A stretch of 64,000 nt of DNA from Raillietiella orientalis. Lineage: Eukaryota. This document shows, piece after piece, positions 22,990 to 36,500 of the stretch. The notes beneath the pieces were generated by a model. It searched no databases and had not been told where the DNA came from. It saw only the letters and a program-made list of their open reading frames with translations. Every line of letters starts with the position of its first letter. Positions within the stretch are counted from its first letter, which is position 1. The DNA lies in contig JAYWIR010000021.1 in the NCBI GenBank assembly GCA_036172245.1, positions 3,224,001 through 3,288,000 on the forward strand. Direction: 5' to 3'. A program made the translations under genes and the position numbers.

Positions 22990-25450
22990 CAGAAGGGGGC
23001 TGGCACCTCGCCCGCCTTCCGGATCAGCATTGTGAATTTCTGCACCAGAGGACGTGGTTCCAAAGCAGGAAACAGTTGCCAGAAGGACTCCGCCCTCAGA
23101 TCGTGCTCCCTTGGAACTCTGCTAATGAATGAATAGGTAATGTGGAATGGACCGACTTCATAGTGCTGAGCATGATTCCCGATAGGCTGAGTCGGGCAGG
23201 GACGGATAGGAGGAGGAGGTGCGCTTGTCGGTTTCTGTTTAGCCTGCCCAAAATTTCCGAAAGGTTCCCTTGCACCCCACATTTACCAGATGGGACCGTT
23301 TCAGCGCCCTTGGCATGTGGGTAATGTCGATTGCAAACGACATCCCGGGATGACGGCCACATCCTTCCTCTGCTTCTGTGGTCTTCGTTGTTTTCGAGTA
23401 ATGGAGGATCGCTAGAGACAAGGCGACCGGTAAGTCCGGGGAGGCGACCATACTGAGAAAAAATCCCTGGGAGCAGAATCAGGAAATTCGAGTGCTTCCT
23501 ATGTTTGCCATCCGGCGCACCCCGGCAGCGCGTGCGCAGCCGTTTCTACCATTCAGCAGCAGGCATATTTCTTGAGCGATTCTCTGCGATGGGGCGTGAT
23601 GGCCTTCCCCATTTCGCTGATTCCCCAACGCACCACCAGTGTGACAGTCAACTGGCAAAGTAGAGGAAGGACGGAAGCGTGAACCAGGATGCCCAGAATC
23701 TCAAAGTTCCCACTGGGGATTCAGGGAAACGCTCCATACACCACTGCGGACCCTGAGCGAAATCTCCGGGTCATGGTTTGGTTCTCCAGACAAAAGGTTT
23801 CCATTCACTGAATCGCGGGAGTCTGGTTGGAGTCCCCACGATCCAGAAAATCACCTTCCAAGAGTGTCCGTTGCTAGAACATCCACTTCGCTCTTATCTT
23901 ACCGATGCAGACGGGAACACACGGATTCCCGGATGGTCTCGCGTCCTTAGACCTAGCAAGCGTTGTCCAGGATCTCGCCTAGAGGAAGTTTCCCCAATAG
24001 GTTGATACGCAGTTGGTGGACTCTCCAGGAGTTCACACGCTTTCGATGATTCCTGACCTTTCCGTTCAGTCGACCGCAGGATGCATACATGACCTTCTTA
24101 TACCGGAAGCCAGGCCACCTATTCAAAACAAATAAGTAGTCAACCCTAGATTGTACCACCCCAGATCGGGCCATTTCATTTCCATTTCGTATGCAGGCTC
24201 CCACTCGAGCCCAGGATGCGAAGCTAGGGAGGACTGGATGGAGAGAATGGGAGGATGATGGATAAAGAAATAAATAGCGAATGGGATGGACCAGCATCCA
24301 CTTGGTTCCCGAGGTCCTGCGTCGGAAAGAGAAGAGACAGAAGGGGAACCTACGTTCGTACCAAGGTCCCTTTGCTTGCACATTACTTCCCAGATTAGGC
24401 CGTTTTATTCCGCTTTGCATGCAGGTGGTGGCGACTGTAAACGACTCTCCAGGATGCTGGCTGCATTTCTTCCTTCCAGCTTGGCAGTTGCCGTCGCTCG
24501 CAGGTGCCAGAGCGCGGCCAGATCCTTGAGGGCGACTGGCATCCTGGAGACGGAAACATTCGTCAAAGCAGGTCTTTCGGGACGGGATTGAGGGAAGAGA
24601 GGTGCCCCGGAGGTGCGCTACCACCCCCGAAGCAGCCTCTTGTGTTCCAGCAGTACGTGCGGGAGCATTCCCAGTATCCCACAGTGGCACTCTTCCCTTT
24701 GAGGCGGTGTGGTGGCATCCGTCCCTCGTTTCGGGGGAGCGTCCAGTGCAACGGCAAGATGGCGGCCCGTTGTTTCCAAAGACTGAAGGCTGGAGGGGCA
24801 TCGACCAGAAAGCACGAGAATCTCGATGCTCTCCCGGGGAATTCCCAGAGGTTCCACCCATCTTCTGGAGCGACCTCGCTCACTGGACGAGAGGTCTCCC
24901 ACTAGCCAGCGGGCTCGGCAGCACCTCCCGTGCTGCAGGAGCATCCTCTTGCTCCTGATCCCGTAGACGAAATAACGGACCTGAACGATCTTACTCCTAG
25001 ATCTGAAGAGCAGGCTGGCATCGTTCAGCATCCCTGCAAGGGGGGAGTTTCCCCAGGAGCCGCTGATCGGAAGAGTTGGGTTTTCCACATACACCCAGAT
25101 TTCCAGTAATTCCTGCTGCCGAGAAGTCACTTTGAGTGGATACGGCAGGATGCGCACTTGTGCTTCTTCATCAGCAGCTGCATCAGGAGAAGTGGGTGGC
25201 TGAAACCTCAACCTCTGAGTGAGAGGACGGATGCTGATCCTCCGCAGCCTCCTGCATTCCTCAGGAGAATGTGCGAAGACACCTGAACGATGCATCCACG
25301 TGTGCATCTGTTCGGCGGAAGGCAAGTTCTGCTCCCGCGAACACATGCGAAGCAAGTCTCGGCAGGAGGAAGGGAGGGTGGAAGAATGGGGGGAGAGAGA
25401 GGGAGGAATCAAGTCTTTCAGTCGCACCTGCACACGCCTGACCGAATGGA
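22990..25450 (-). mobile_element. Heavily decayed LINE ORF2 (RT C-terminus to zf-RVT)
   Basis: Across frameshifts: WVEPLGIP (cf. WIRLGIP), VALKDLAAL (cf. ICLKDLTAL), AETV/SHLVNVGCKGTFRKFW (zf-RVT-like); collinear with the LINE at 20-21.6 kb. Confidence 0.6.
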
Positions 25451-25460
25451 GCGACTGAGG

Positions 25461-25670
25461 TGATGCTGTTCCTTACTCAGGTGGTGTGCAGGAAAACACG
25501 TGAAATCTGTGACTTTCGTTGGTCATGAAACCATAGCGTTACTAATAGGAAGAGTTCATCGACGTAGCGTTGCCACTAAATGCAGTCGACTCCTTGCATG
25601 ACTGGAGGGCTGAAGACGCAATTTCTCAGTACTACCAAGAGGACGATCAAAACAAAGATCGAAGCATCGA
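25461..25670 (+). pseudogene. Duplicated, frameshifted copy of the first recognisable CFAP43 coding exon with its acceptor
   Basis: Near-identical to 27529-27746 apart from point changes and an 8-nt deletion (catttact). Confidence 0.9.
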
Positions 25671-25679
25671 CTTGCCGAC

Positions 25680-27335
25680 CGGCATCAGAGTCAGGCACGC
25701 TTGAGGTCGGCACCTCCTTACTGTCCGCCTCCTCACACTTGCCGTGGAACGGCCGCTCTCGACGGACGTCTTCCGCCGCGATTGCAAACCGCCGGAAGTC
25801 TTCCTTGTGCTCCCGGAGCTGCTGCAGGATAATAGACCGGAGTAGCACGTCTTTCCGTTGGTCCTTCTCCCGATTTTCGTATGTCGGAATTCAGTTCCGC
25901 TTTTCTTTTCTTTTTTTCTTTTGCAGCTTCCCGCTGCCTCGCAACGCTGGGTGGAATGCAGTGATATGGATCTGTCCAATGTTCCCTGCGGTCCGTGTTC
26001 ATTTCGGGAACACCTGGGACAATGACGCCGTCCCTGAATCCTATCGATTTGAACTTGGAGAGAAAAGCTCCGGTCCATCAGTCTTCCACTGGTCATGCTC
26101 GCTTTTTGCGTTTCACTGGTGCCCATTCACTGCCTTCAGCCATTTTCGGGTAAGCTGGAGGCAAGTGATGTTCGGGGAAGTTCCCTAGGATCGGATCGGC
26201 ACAGGCTGCTCTCCCAGCAGTGGCGTGCAGATCTCTGGAGGCAAACTGCGAGACCGTGCTCCTTGGAAACCAGCGTACGCTAGTTAAGGGTTCGACTTTC
26301 GGCTTTGCCCCCCCTTCCCACCCGCCCACCCGCCGGCTTCCCCTGAACGACCGTTCTCAACGAGGGCGTCGATTCTTTCAGATGCCAAACGTGATCACGC
26401 CCCCGGGATGAAAAAAAGCTGGTGCCGAGCACACGGCAACTGCCCGCAGATGCCAAGCGGAGGATGGAAAACTCGCATGACTCTCCCCGTGCGAGAGTCT
26501 CACAGACTGCGAGAAACGTTTATCATCCTCGACGAGCCGTGGATCGGAAGCAGTATCCCAGCGACGGCGGCCGCACACCCCGCCGGCGCGATCGCCGCGG
26601 AGAGTAAAGTTTGATCGATGCGCGGAGGGCGGGTGCGTCGCACGCAGCACGCGCGCACAAACTGCGCGATGCGAAACCGCGCGGGTGATGGTGCTCCTGA
26701 AACCGAGGGGGAAAATGCCAAATCTGCTCTTTCCCTCTCTGAAAATAAGCCGCAAACCTCTGGTCAAGGTATTTTTTTCTTCCCTCCCTCTCCCTCTCTT
26801 TTCATTTTCTGTGCGCGCGCGCGTGTGGTGGGTGCGCAAGCCAAACTTGCGGAGGTTTTCAAATCCTCATGACTTTGCATTTTGCAGACTTGAAATCAAC
26901 AGGAACGTCAGCTTCCCCGCAAGCGCTTCCTGGAGAACGGATTGAAAGTCAAGGAGGAGCATGGGAAGGAATCAGGTAATCTAAGAACACGTTGCGTAGC
27001 AGCCGTCTCCTCGTAACGTAGCGTCCTGGGGCCGAAAGACGCCGGTGCTCCCAGAAGACGTGTACACTCGCGAGTTTGTCCGTATCCGTGGTACGCAGCC
27101 GGCATGTACTTGTGTTGATGCTTACTCGGACTGGAACGTGGTCCAGGTTATTACAGCCATGAAAAATTATCGCCGACGGCGAGGAGGGTGCGTGCAAAAA
27201 TCTGTGCCCACCGACATGTGGAATCACCTCGGATCCCATTCGAAAACGAATGCACCGTGGGGTGGGGCGATAAACATACAAACCATGGAAAGTCTTGCCA
27301 AAACCGGCATCAAGTCCGAATAGCGGAAATGGTAA
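25680..27335 (+). pseudogene. Unidentified GC-rich spliced gene relic
   Basis: Intron-like GT..polypyrimidine..AG at about 25879-25926. Another, of about 46 nt near 26976-27021, joins KRFLENGLKVKEEHGKES in frame to ASWGRKTPVLPEDVYTREFVRIRG...DMWNHLGSH. Stops are present. Confidence 0.35.
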
Positions 27336-27548
27336 ATAACCAGTTGGAGTGATCCCCCGACGCTCCCGGCAGACAAACCAAAAAAAAAAAAAAAAAAACA
27401 GCACCCATTCGATCGTGTTTCGAAAGGATTGCAGTTCTCGGTCACTGCAAAGATTTTCTTCCACACAAACGCTTGAGTGTGTGATGACTACGAATTGAAA
27501 TGCAACGACTCTTCTCTTCCGTGTGTAATGATGCTGTTCCTTACTCAG

Positions 27549-30500
27549 GTGGTGTGCAGGAAAACACGTGAAATCTGTGACTTTCGTGGGTCATGAAACC
27601 ATAGCGTTACTAATAGGAAAAGTCATTTACTTCATCGATGTAACGTTGCCATCAGATGCAGCCGACTCCTTGCATGACTGGAGGGCCGAAGACGCAGTTC
27701 CTCAGTACCACCAAGAGGATGATCAAAACGAAGATCAAAGCATCGAAGTAGAAATAGAAGTAATATTTTTTTATTTCTCTCTCTCTCTCTTTTCCATTTA
27801 ATAATGATTGTAACGTTTATTTGTGCTTAATTTTTCATCAGTAGTCTTAATAGGAAAAAACAGTACTGATGAAAAATCAAGAAGTCAATTCGATGTTTGA
27901 GATTTCGATTTTTTTTTTTTTTGAATCTATACATCTAAACATCCAAGACCAGCCAGCAGAATTAAATCGATCTGTATGTAATAAAAGCGAATTTTCGTAA
28001 TTGATGGAGTCTTTCTGGTCGGACTCTGTTTACTTTGCTGAAAACAGGATACATTACGAGGACATTTTTCTTGGAAAACGCACTGTGTCATAGTGTCACA
28101 GTGACCCATATTCTTCATAGCTCAGTTGCAATCCGCGAATTTTTGTTCCAAAAAGTCATTAGCGTGTTCTCTAATAGATCGTTCGAGTGATGTCAAGGTC
28201 ATGTTTTAAAATGGAGGCAGCGAATTGTACATTGGGAAATTGGGGACCATATTAATGGAGACCGCCAGTTTCCTACGCGGATGCCCATGTAAAAGTTTCT
28301 TGAGCTTCAAGTCATGAGGACGCCAGATGACCGCGGTTTCTGTTTTCTCGCTCTTTCCTTCCCACTCGGCGTTGGTTGGTTAGGATTTGAATTTCTTTCA
28401 GCAACTCGACCTCAGATTTGCACTCAGCACCATCTATACCGTGTGCGTCCACCTAAAGTTTTGCCTCCAAATGTCGGTCGCCGAAAAATGCAGCAGTTGC
28501 AGGAATCGTCTTGTTCAGAAATTTCCGTGAAAACGCACCATTTCCAAGTAACGAAGATGCCTCCAAGGCCACTGCAAAGCTAGAAAAACTTCAATGTATG
28601 CGCCAAATCCTCAACAAACCCAAGTGCTGATTCGTTTCACCGAGTGACCCCACTGCGGAGCACCACGTAAACCGAATTCCGAGAACCAAAATGCTTTGAG
28701 GTAAGGGATCAGGAAGAACCCAACGTGAAGGTGGCTGTGAGGGACAGCAGAAGAAGAGTGAGGGTGCAGTGTTGGATTCGATGCATGCCGCACCTCTCAG
28801 ACATCAGAAACCTTCTCGAACAACATTTGATGAATGACCTGCGTTGCTTCTGACCAAGGAAGCAGCCGATTCGCATTAAAAAAAAAAAAAAAAAAAATTA
28901 AAAAAAAAAAGGCAGCTAACGTGGTGTCAATGAAATTTGTGAATGAAAACGAGATTACGAGCGAAACCACAATGCAGGCTCCTCCCCAAGCAGTGTAAAA
29001 TACGCTATTTGTAGAATCCAATAGCACTGTCCATTCGTTTTATTTTATTCAACTTTATTTGATAACTGCGTTCAGTATGTGCATTTGGAAAAGTTCTTGT
29101 AATCGCCACTGGATGTATGGCACCCACCCCATCATCCGGTGCACGAATGCCTGGGCAAGAAAAGAAGCTGTGCGATGGCCCAAAGAAGTTGTGACTCTAG
29201 AAACTGAATAGGAAGGGGGGAAAAAAAGAATCCAAAATCTGAAAAAATATTGGTGATAATCTTGTAGTTTATAACGGATGCCTGTAAAGTGTAAGCAGAG
29301 AATCATTCTTATAGGTTTATAAAAAAACTGTTCCTTATATTCCGTGTTGTGAGCCGTCCAATGTGAAGCTTAACCTTTCTTGCGAATTCTATCATACATA
29401 TTAAAGAAGATTGGAGTGAGCAATGGATCGAAAGGAATCCTCGATTAAATTCCACAGCGCCTTCTTCGGAAATGATGCTTTCGTGTGTCTACAAGTCGTA
29501 TCCGTACTCTTTGAAAGATAGAATCATTCCATTTGAAATTTTCTACGAACTGATTCTGATTTTCATTGATACTTATTGGGAATGTATTCTTTGTGCAAAA
29601 CCAAAAAGCGTTTAAAAAAGTCGGACAGTAAGCTTCTTTGCTAGCTTGGTAACCATGAAAACAGTCATCTGAACGCAGTCACCCATAATTCTGTTACTAA
29701 TGATTTCATTTTTCTTCAAGAAGGAGTTAATGTAACATAAAATGTAGCACTATTGTGAGAATCATAACCATATATAGCATTTTTCCAAATAGAATGCCTA
29801 TTGGTTTTAATGAATTTTGCTGTTTCGTTGCTGAGCTTTTTGACTCAGATGCTCATAGATTCACACAAACCAAACCATAATAACAATAAACAAAAATAAA
29901 TCATTAATCGTATATCAAATAAATAATGTGGATAAACGGAGTTGTAGCTTACATTTGCGAGCAATTGGGCATGAAATTGGCGGATAGGTCTATATCGTAT
30001 ACTCTATGGACACATACGTCCGTACAATATACGATATGGGATTGACAACTACAAAATGAATACACTTTCCCCCTTCACTTCATTTTCAGTAATTCTAACG
30101 AACATTTTCTCTCTTTTTTGTGTATTTCAAGTTCCCCTTAGCATACTATAGGATAGTGTATATCAATTATTGTTCTAAATATTTATGGTATTGAAAAATC
30201 ACAGTATGGAGAGAGTGTGGCAATTGTTATATATTACAGATGAGCTAATAGAAGATTTGTTTGGAATTCTGTGTGCTCTTTTGAATTCAAGATTTGATCT
30301 TTTTTTCTTTTCCTCACCTTGGTCTCTTCAGCGTTAACCGAGTACGCATAGTCTTAGTAGAAACTGTCCTCATTTTGAAACATCCATTTACCAAGAAAGA
30401 TCTCTGTTCAATTTATGCATTCACTCGATCTTCTAGAGAACATCTGAGAGACACTTCCATTACAGAAAGGACTGCGACTGTTTTGAAGAGAGGCAATATT

Positions 30501-33500
30501 TAAGACTTCTTGGATTGCTAAAGATTCTTATCTGACTTTGATCAAATCGGCAGTTCCCATTTTAGGCTGAGATTGCGCAGAATGAGCAAACCTTTTAGTT
30601 GATAATCGGATGCGTTACTATTTTTGCCGGCTAAATCGTGATAGCCATGTTTTCGAAAAACAAGAAAAAAAAAAATGTGATTTCTCACTTTGACGGACCT
30701 GGAGATAAGACTTTTTCTCTTTTTTGAAAAAAAAAAAACAACAACAACAGATCATTAACACATCAAGGAAACTCAGCCTGCTTTCAAGAAGATCATTTTT
30801 GGAGGAAACTACACTGTTCCCGGGAGATCTTCCCAAATCAGCGAAACTATGTGGGAAGCTCACAGAGCACGTTATGAGGCAAAGCACGAGTCCTTTATTT
30901 CTGAAGAGGCATTTTATGAAGCCGAAAAACATCTTTTTTACGGAACGAACCGGCATCGGTATGCTCTTTGGAGAGCCCAATCTAAAACTGATTGGGTTTT
31001 CCGCGATGGGTATCAAACCAAATATCTTCATTCACCGTTATCCGAGTATGGAAATGTTATCAGTACTTAAAGGTATGAAGAAATGGTACAGCAAATCAGC
31101 AGAGAATTGAATTCACGTTTCCCATTCTTGTTTCAGGTGGAGCCAAATTAGAATACCTAGAAATTGCCATTTCATGTGAAAATTTGCTGGTCACAGTTTC
31201 TGGAATTCCCGACTTTTTACTGACTGTGTGGAACTGGAGACAGGGAATGAAAGTGCAAACTATGGAAATGGGTGTCTTCGAGAAATGCCATCTTCAGATA
31301 CTGTAAGTTGTAGTCTTTTTAATCAAGTTGAAAACCAAACATCTGTAGAAAGGAAGTAGCTTTGGTCGTTTCTTTGAATACAGACACATTTTGGGGAGCA
31401 TGGAATTTCGTAATAGAGGAGAAAGAATCGTTAGCTTTGCAGAATGCTTGTGTTATCAGTGAACCCTACGATACCCACTGCTGGATTTCAAAAAATTCTG
31501 TTCTTTTAAGCAGGAAAGAAGAGATTTATAAGGTCTGAGTTTGTAAGTATTCTTAGATGTGAGCGCAGTGAAAGATATGGTTGTGTCGGCTTTTGAAAAA
31601 TCGTCTCCTCGAAATCTGCTGCTCCGTCATTTCTCCGGCTTTTCATGCTATGTAAACAGCTTAACACCATTACATTAGTGTACTTTGGAATTTGGTTCCT
31701 TTTTTCTTCATGAATTTGAAGGAAAACGGCTTCAGCAATATGAGCGACTACAATTTGAGAATAGCGGATTGAAGGCAGTTTACGATTTATTACAGATTTG
31801 CAGCATGGAGACGATTCGCAGCGGAGAACACACGCGGAGATTCACCTCCAGAAATCAAAGCATTACGCGATTTTGACACCTATACTTCCCCTTTGCCAAT
31901 TAATGATCAGCGAAGGTGCAAAGTAGTGCAAACAAATGATGGTCGTCACCACTCCGCGACAAAATGCTTCAAAGAGGAAGCTGAGCTTTCGTTTCCACAT
32001 GTGGCTAAGGAGGTTCTCATTGCTCTCATGCATTCCCACTGTTCTGACGAAGAGCAGCATGTGTTGCTCTTAGATGATTGATTGAAATCATGGTTTGCAC
32101 CGAGCGTCTTTGTTCCAAAATATTCCTTTTCCTCTTGAAACAAAACGTGACTATTCTAAACCTACCATCCATTTACCTCAGTGCGTATGTATTCTGCCTG
32201 TGAAGAGTGATCTCGTGTATCTGCATACGTGTGCATATGTAATTGCACTGCACTGCTGAAATGAGATTTCGAAAATTCTGCAGAAGAATGTTTGGAGAAG
32301 TGAATCTCAGCAAAGAATTTTCACTCGAATTCATTACCAAACTTCGATTCTTTGAAGCTTTCGAGAAACTTGAAATGTAAAAAAAAAAAATGCTGCACCC
32401 ACATTTTTGATTACTATTTATGTACGTTTCATCGCGAACACATTCTCAGAACGTGTCGTTTCAGCTGGACCGAAGAACAAAAGAGATGGAGCTGTCCTTT
32501 CGTTTGCCTTCCGAAATACTTTCCATGACGGTTTGCAAATCCCAACTGTACATAAGCCTACGTGATAAGAAGATGCAGGTACGATTCCATCAAATAAACC
32601 GCACATTGAACATCTGCCGAAGGAGTGGTAGAAAAGATTCCATCAGACCGGAAATTCTCAGTCGTCCAGATATGAGATTGCGCAACACTTCGTGTATGAA
32701 CGTTCCCATGAAAAAAAAAATAGGCCGAAAGATGCATTTCCGTGTTCGTCTAAATCTCCCGCAGTACAGAATTAACAGAAATGTGCGGATAAAGCGTGCA
32801 TGTTTTATTGCAAGTTCCCTTTAACTCGAGTTACTCGAGCAAATAACGAAAGTTTACCGAAATCACTGATATTGAACTTTTTAATGTTGAAAAAAGCTAT
32901 TAAAGATCAGTATAGTATTAAAGATGCAGATCCGCATCCCTTTTATTTTTCCGTGTTTTCTGGTCATTTCACGCTACTTATTCCGTTTAACAAAATGAGT
33001 CCTTTCCGTCTTTTGAACTACAGTAATGTAATTCTCTTCACACATCAGATTTACTCCGTTGGGAGAGAATCAGTTAAATGGATCACCTCTTGTGACACCC
33101 CGGGAACGATAGTTGGCATGACACCATCACCGTCTTCAGGCGTGCTGCTCCTTGAAGATGATATGGTGAGGATCCAGCGTGTTGCGACTCCTAAGTGCAA
33201 ATATGCAATTCTGCGACCTCTCTTCAAAGTGGAATTCCGGAACTGGATAAAATATTTTCAATGAAACCGAAACGCATCATTTGATCGGGAATCGTGCTAG
33301 CACGATCCTTTCTGTACAATCAAAAATGATCCTTTTTGTACGTTCGAATGTTCAAATCATATTCGCTGAAGAATTCTACCGCCAGACCTTGAGTAACTTC
33401 GCGTTTGCAACAAGGACTGCTCCTGAATTCTCTTTCAAAAAATATTTAAGCCGCTATGCAGGAATTTGATGTCCTAATATCGATGATTTCGGGAATGAAA

Positions 33501-36500
33501 CGTCCGTTTCACATTGAAAAAAAAAAAAAAAAAACATTGTACATTATGCATGTTTTGCAATGCAGTTTATCATGAAACCTCGATTTTTCAAGCGTCAGAC
33601 ATCATTCTCAAGGAAACTCGTAATCCAAAATGTTTCAGGAGGTTCTTTATTCATTGTCCTTGGACCAACGATTTGAAATAAGAACTATTCCTCTCCTTCC
33701 TCTCAACAATTCCTCCTACACAGATATGTTAGTTCCACCATTTTTCGAGGAAAAGGCTTTGCTCCTTGATACGAGAGGACACATTGACGTCTGGGACATC
33801 GACACTAAAAAACGGGTAATTTTTTTTTTTCCTCTCTCCCCCTTTTCCTGGTCGATAATTGCATACTCTTTAAAATACAGGTATCATCCTATGAGGCAGC
33901 TAATGGAATCACCTCGATGGTAGCTTCACCACTCGTCCCGATGCTCGCTGTCGGCGATGAATTTGGTTTCGTATCGTTCTGCGATATTCAAGGGAGCATA
34001 AGGTCAGTTTCAACCGATGCTGCTCGAGATCTTCTTCGTTACTGAGCACTCGTGCCCACGTAGGAAGATGCATTCCGTCCGCCTGTTCAGCCATGGCATT
34101 GATAAATTATGCTTCGACCAATCCGGTACATTGCTGTGCACAGTCTGCAATAATGAAGACGATATCTATGTACTGTACGGAGCTCCGACTTCAATTCGAC
34201 TGAATGTTCATGGTGAGTATGGCGTCCGGACAGATTCGAATCAAGTTCCCGAGGAAAGGCTACGACTTAGCCCTTCAGCCCGATGAGCAAGGAGGAATTC
34301 ATTTTCACGATTGCAGGTTTCGAAATCGCTGACGGCTCTGGATGCCAGTAGGGAAGAAATCTCTTGTCGACACGCTTTCTAGAGGTTAACACGCTCCCTT
34401 TTCTTCTTCTGCCGGTGACTGGGTTTTGAAGGGTTGGATATTTGTCGTAGTTAGAGTTTCACAATATAGCCGCCACAAGTGACCATTGCGTGGGAACTTC
34501 AGAGCAGGATAACGGTTTCTGCACCTTAGGTTCGTTGGATTGTGTTTGTGTTTTCTGAAAAATAGCGAGCCAGATAAGAGGACGGAGTTTTGCAACAGAC
34601 AAGAGATTCCGGCTGCATTGCGTTGTCGATCTCCTGTGTGGTATCCTTCAAGGGTCACCGTGAAATACTTCTTTGAGTGGTGTTTTCAGAGTTACATGAA
34701 TGATATCGTTACATAATATATTGGATTTTCACTAATGCATGGATTCGGGAAGCAGCACGCACCTTTTGTCGAGAATGTATTTCCTTCCACGGATGCTGAG
34801 GAAATGACCATCCACAGAGATGCATTCTCAACAAAAGAGCTAACGCTGCTGCTTGAAACCCAACGCATCGTTGTCCAGTGGCTAGAAAGCAGCTTCTCAA
34901 GAGTGGAGCAAGTGTACATGAACCGAGCCTGATGGAATGGTTGATTTCGGTTCTCCGTCAGAGAGTTTATCTGTAAAAATGGAGATCGAGATTCGAAAAC
35001 AGCCAGGGTTGGGAAAAGTTCGACCGGGAACTTGAAGGCAACGGATCATGCATTGATGCCCAGCTCACTGTGGAATAGTTTAACGAGTATTTCTGAAGAG
35101 GAATTTTGCCTCAGGGTTCATCAATTGATAGAACCTATTTCTTCTGATAAGTCTGAAATTTTTACTTCCTGAATATACACATTTTGGATGAAGCTTGTCA
35201 CCCACGGTGGCGATGCTGAGCTGTGCTTAGACAATGTTGGTAATGGTTAGGTCTTGTCTGTTCTCTCATGATGCTCTGTTTATAAGCTTGCATCTCTTAC
35301 TGAATATCATGCTTAATCATGCCACTAGCTTCGGACACTCTCAAGAACCTCATGAATCCTTTCTCTTCAAAACAGAACGGTCAGAAACTTTAATTTTGTG
35401 TTTCCTTTTTTTAAAAAAAAAAACAGAACGACGTGCTTCAATGGGTCATTTGAACAGATTTGGAATAAGCAGTTGAGAAATCCGCTGAAAAGAAAGTTTT
35501 ACATTCTTGCGTTGGCTATTGGAATATTTGGTAGGCTGTACATAATAAAGTACTCATCAACAGTTTTAACTATTCTGTTCACTTTTTTTTTTTCCTTTCA
35601 AGACCGAATTATGCACATTGCAAATAAAGAAATTTATTCATTCGGAAGAAAATACGGGAATTTTGGAAGAAAATCTACTCGACGTACACCCAAAACAAGA
35701 AAATGTGAAACATCATCAGTAAACTAACGGAAAAGATTACCGAAAAATCATTTGAAATGATCCGAGAGTAGTTGCTATTAGGAGACAGAAAAGCCTTTCG
35801 ATGTAAGCATAGCAAGCATACTTCAGAAAGAGGGCCAGATTGGAAGGAACATTTTAAAGATATGCAAAAACATAGTGCACTAAGAGCCCAAAAGTAGGGA
35901 CGCTGAAAAAGAGGGAGGCCCTGTGAGCGTAGCTGAAAATTCGTGAGACTGTGAGACCGTTCCAAGTGCAACGTGTTTGAAGATGTGCGCTCTTACAGAT
36001 TCAAATGAACAAAATCGATGAGATCTCGTTTTGTGGAATCCGAAATGTGGATCGGAAACCCAAAGCGATGGCCAGGAACAAAAGGATGCGTCTTCGTTTC
36101 AGATCCTTGTTCCAATGGTTCAATGGACATCCAAAAATCTGGTAATTCTGACCTCTAAATCATAAACGCTTCTGTCTTTCACTTCGTGGGAATCCAAGTC
36201 ACAGTTCTCGAGAATGACTTTTTTTTTTTTTCTTAAAAGAATTTTTGGAAGTACTGGAAAAACGGACTTTCTGAGAGACTCCACATTCAGTGATCACAGA
36301 TATGCTTAAGGGTCTGAAACACGTACCCACCCTTACAAGTTTGTGGGATTGTTTTGATGATAGCCAAAAACTCGTCATAATAAAATATTCGCCGTGGATC
36401 AAAAACGTTTCGATGATGCTCTCTCTCTTCTGTCTCTTACTCTGTGGTAATCCGAAACGGGTGGATCCGATCTGAGGACCACAGTTCTTCCAAGAGTTAT

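Noticed and set aside
34690..36480. Short ORFs inside the 3.5-kb CFAP43 intron as a nested gene
   Set aside because: No coherent product; the flanking CFAP43 exons join in phase without them; probably decayed TE.
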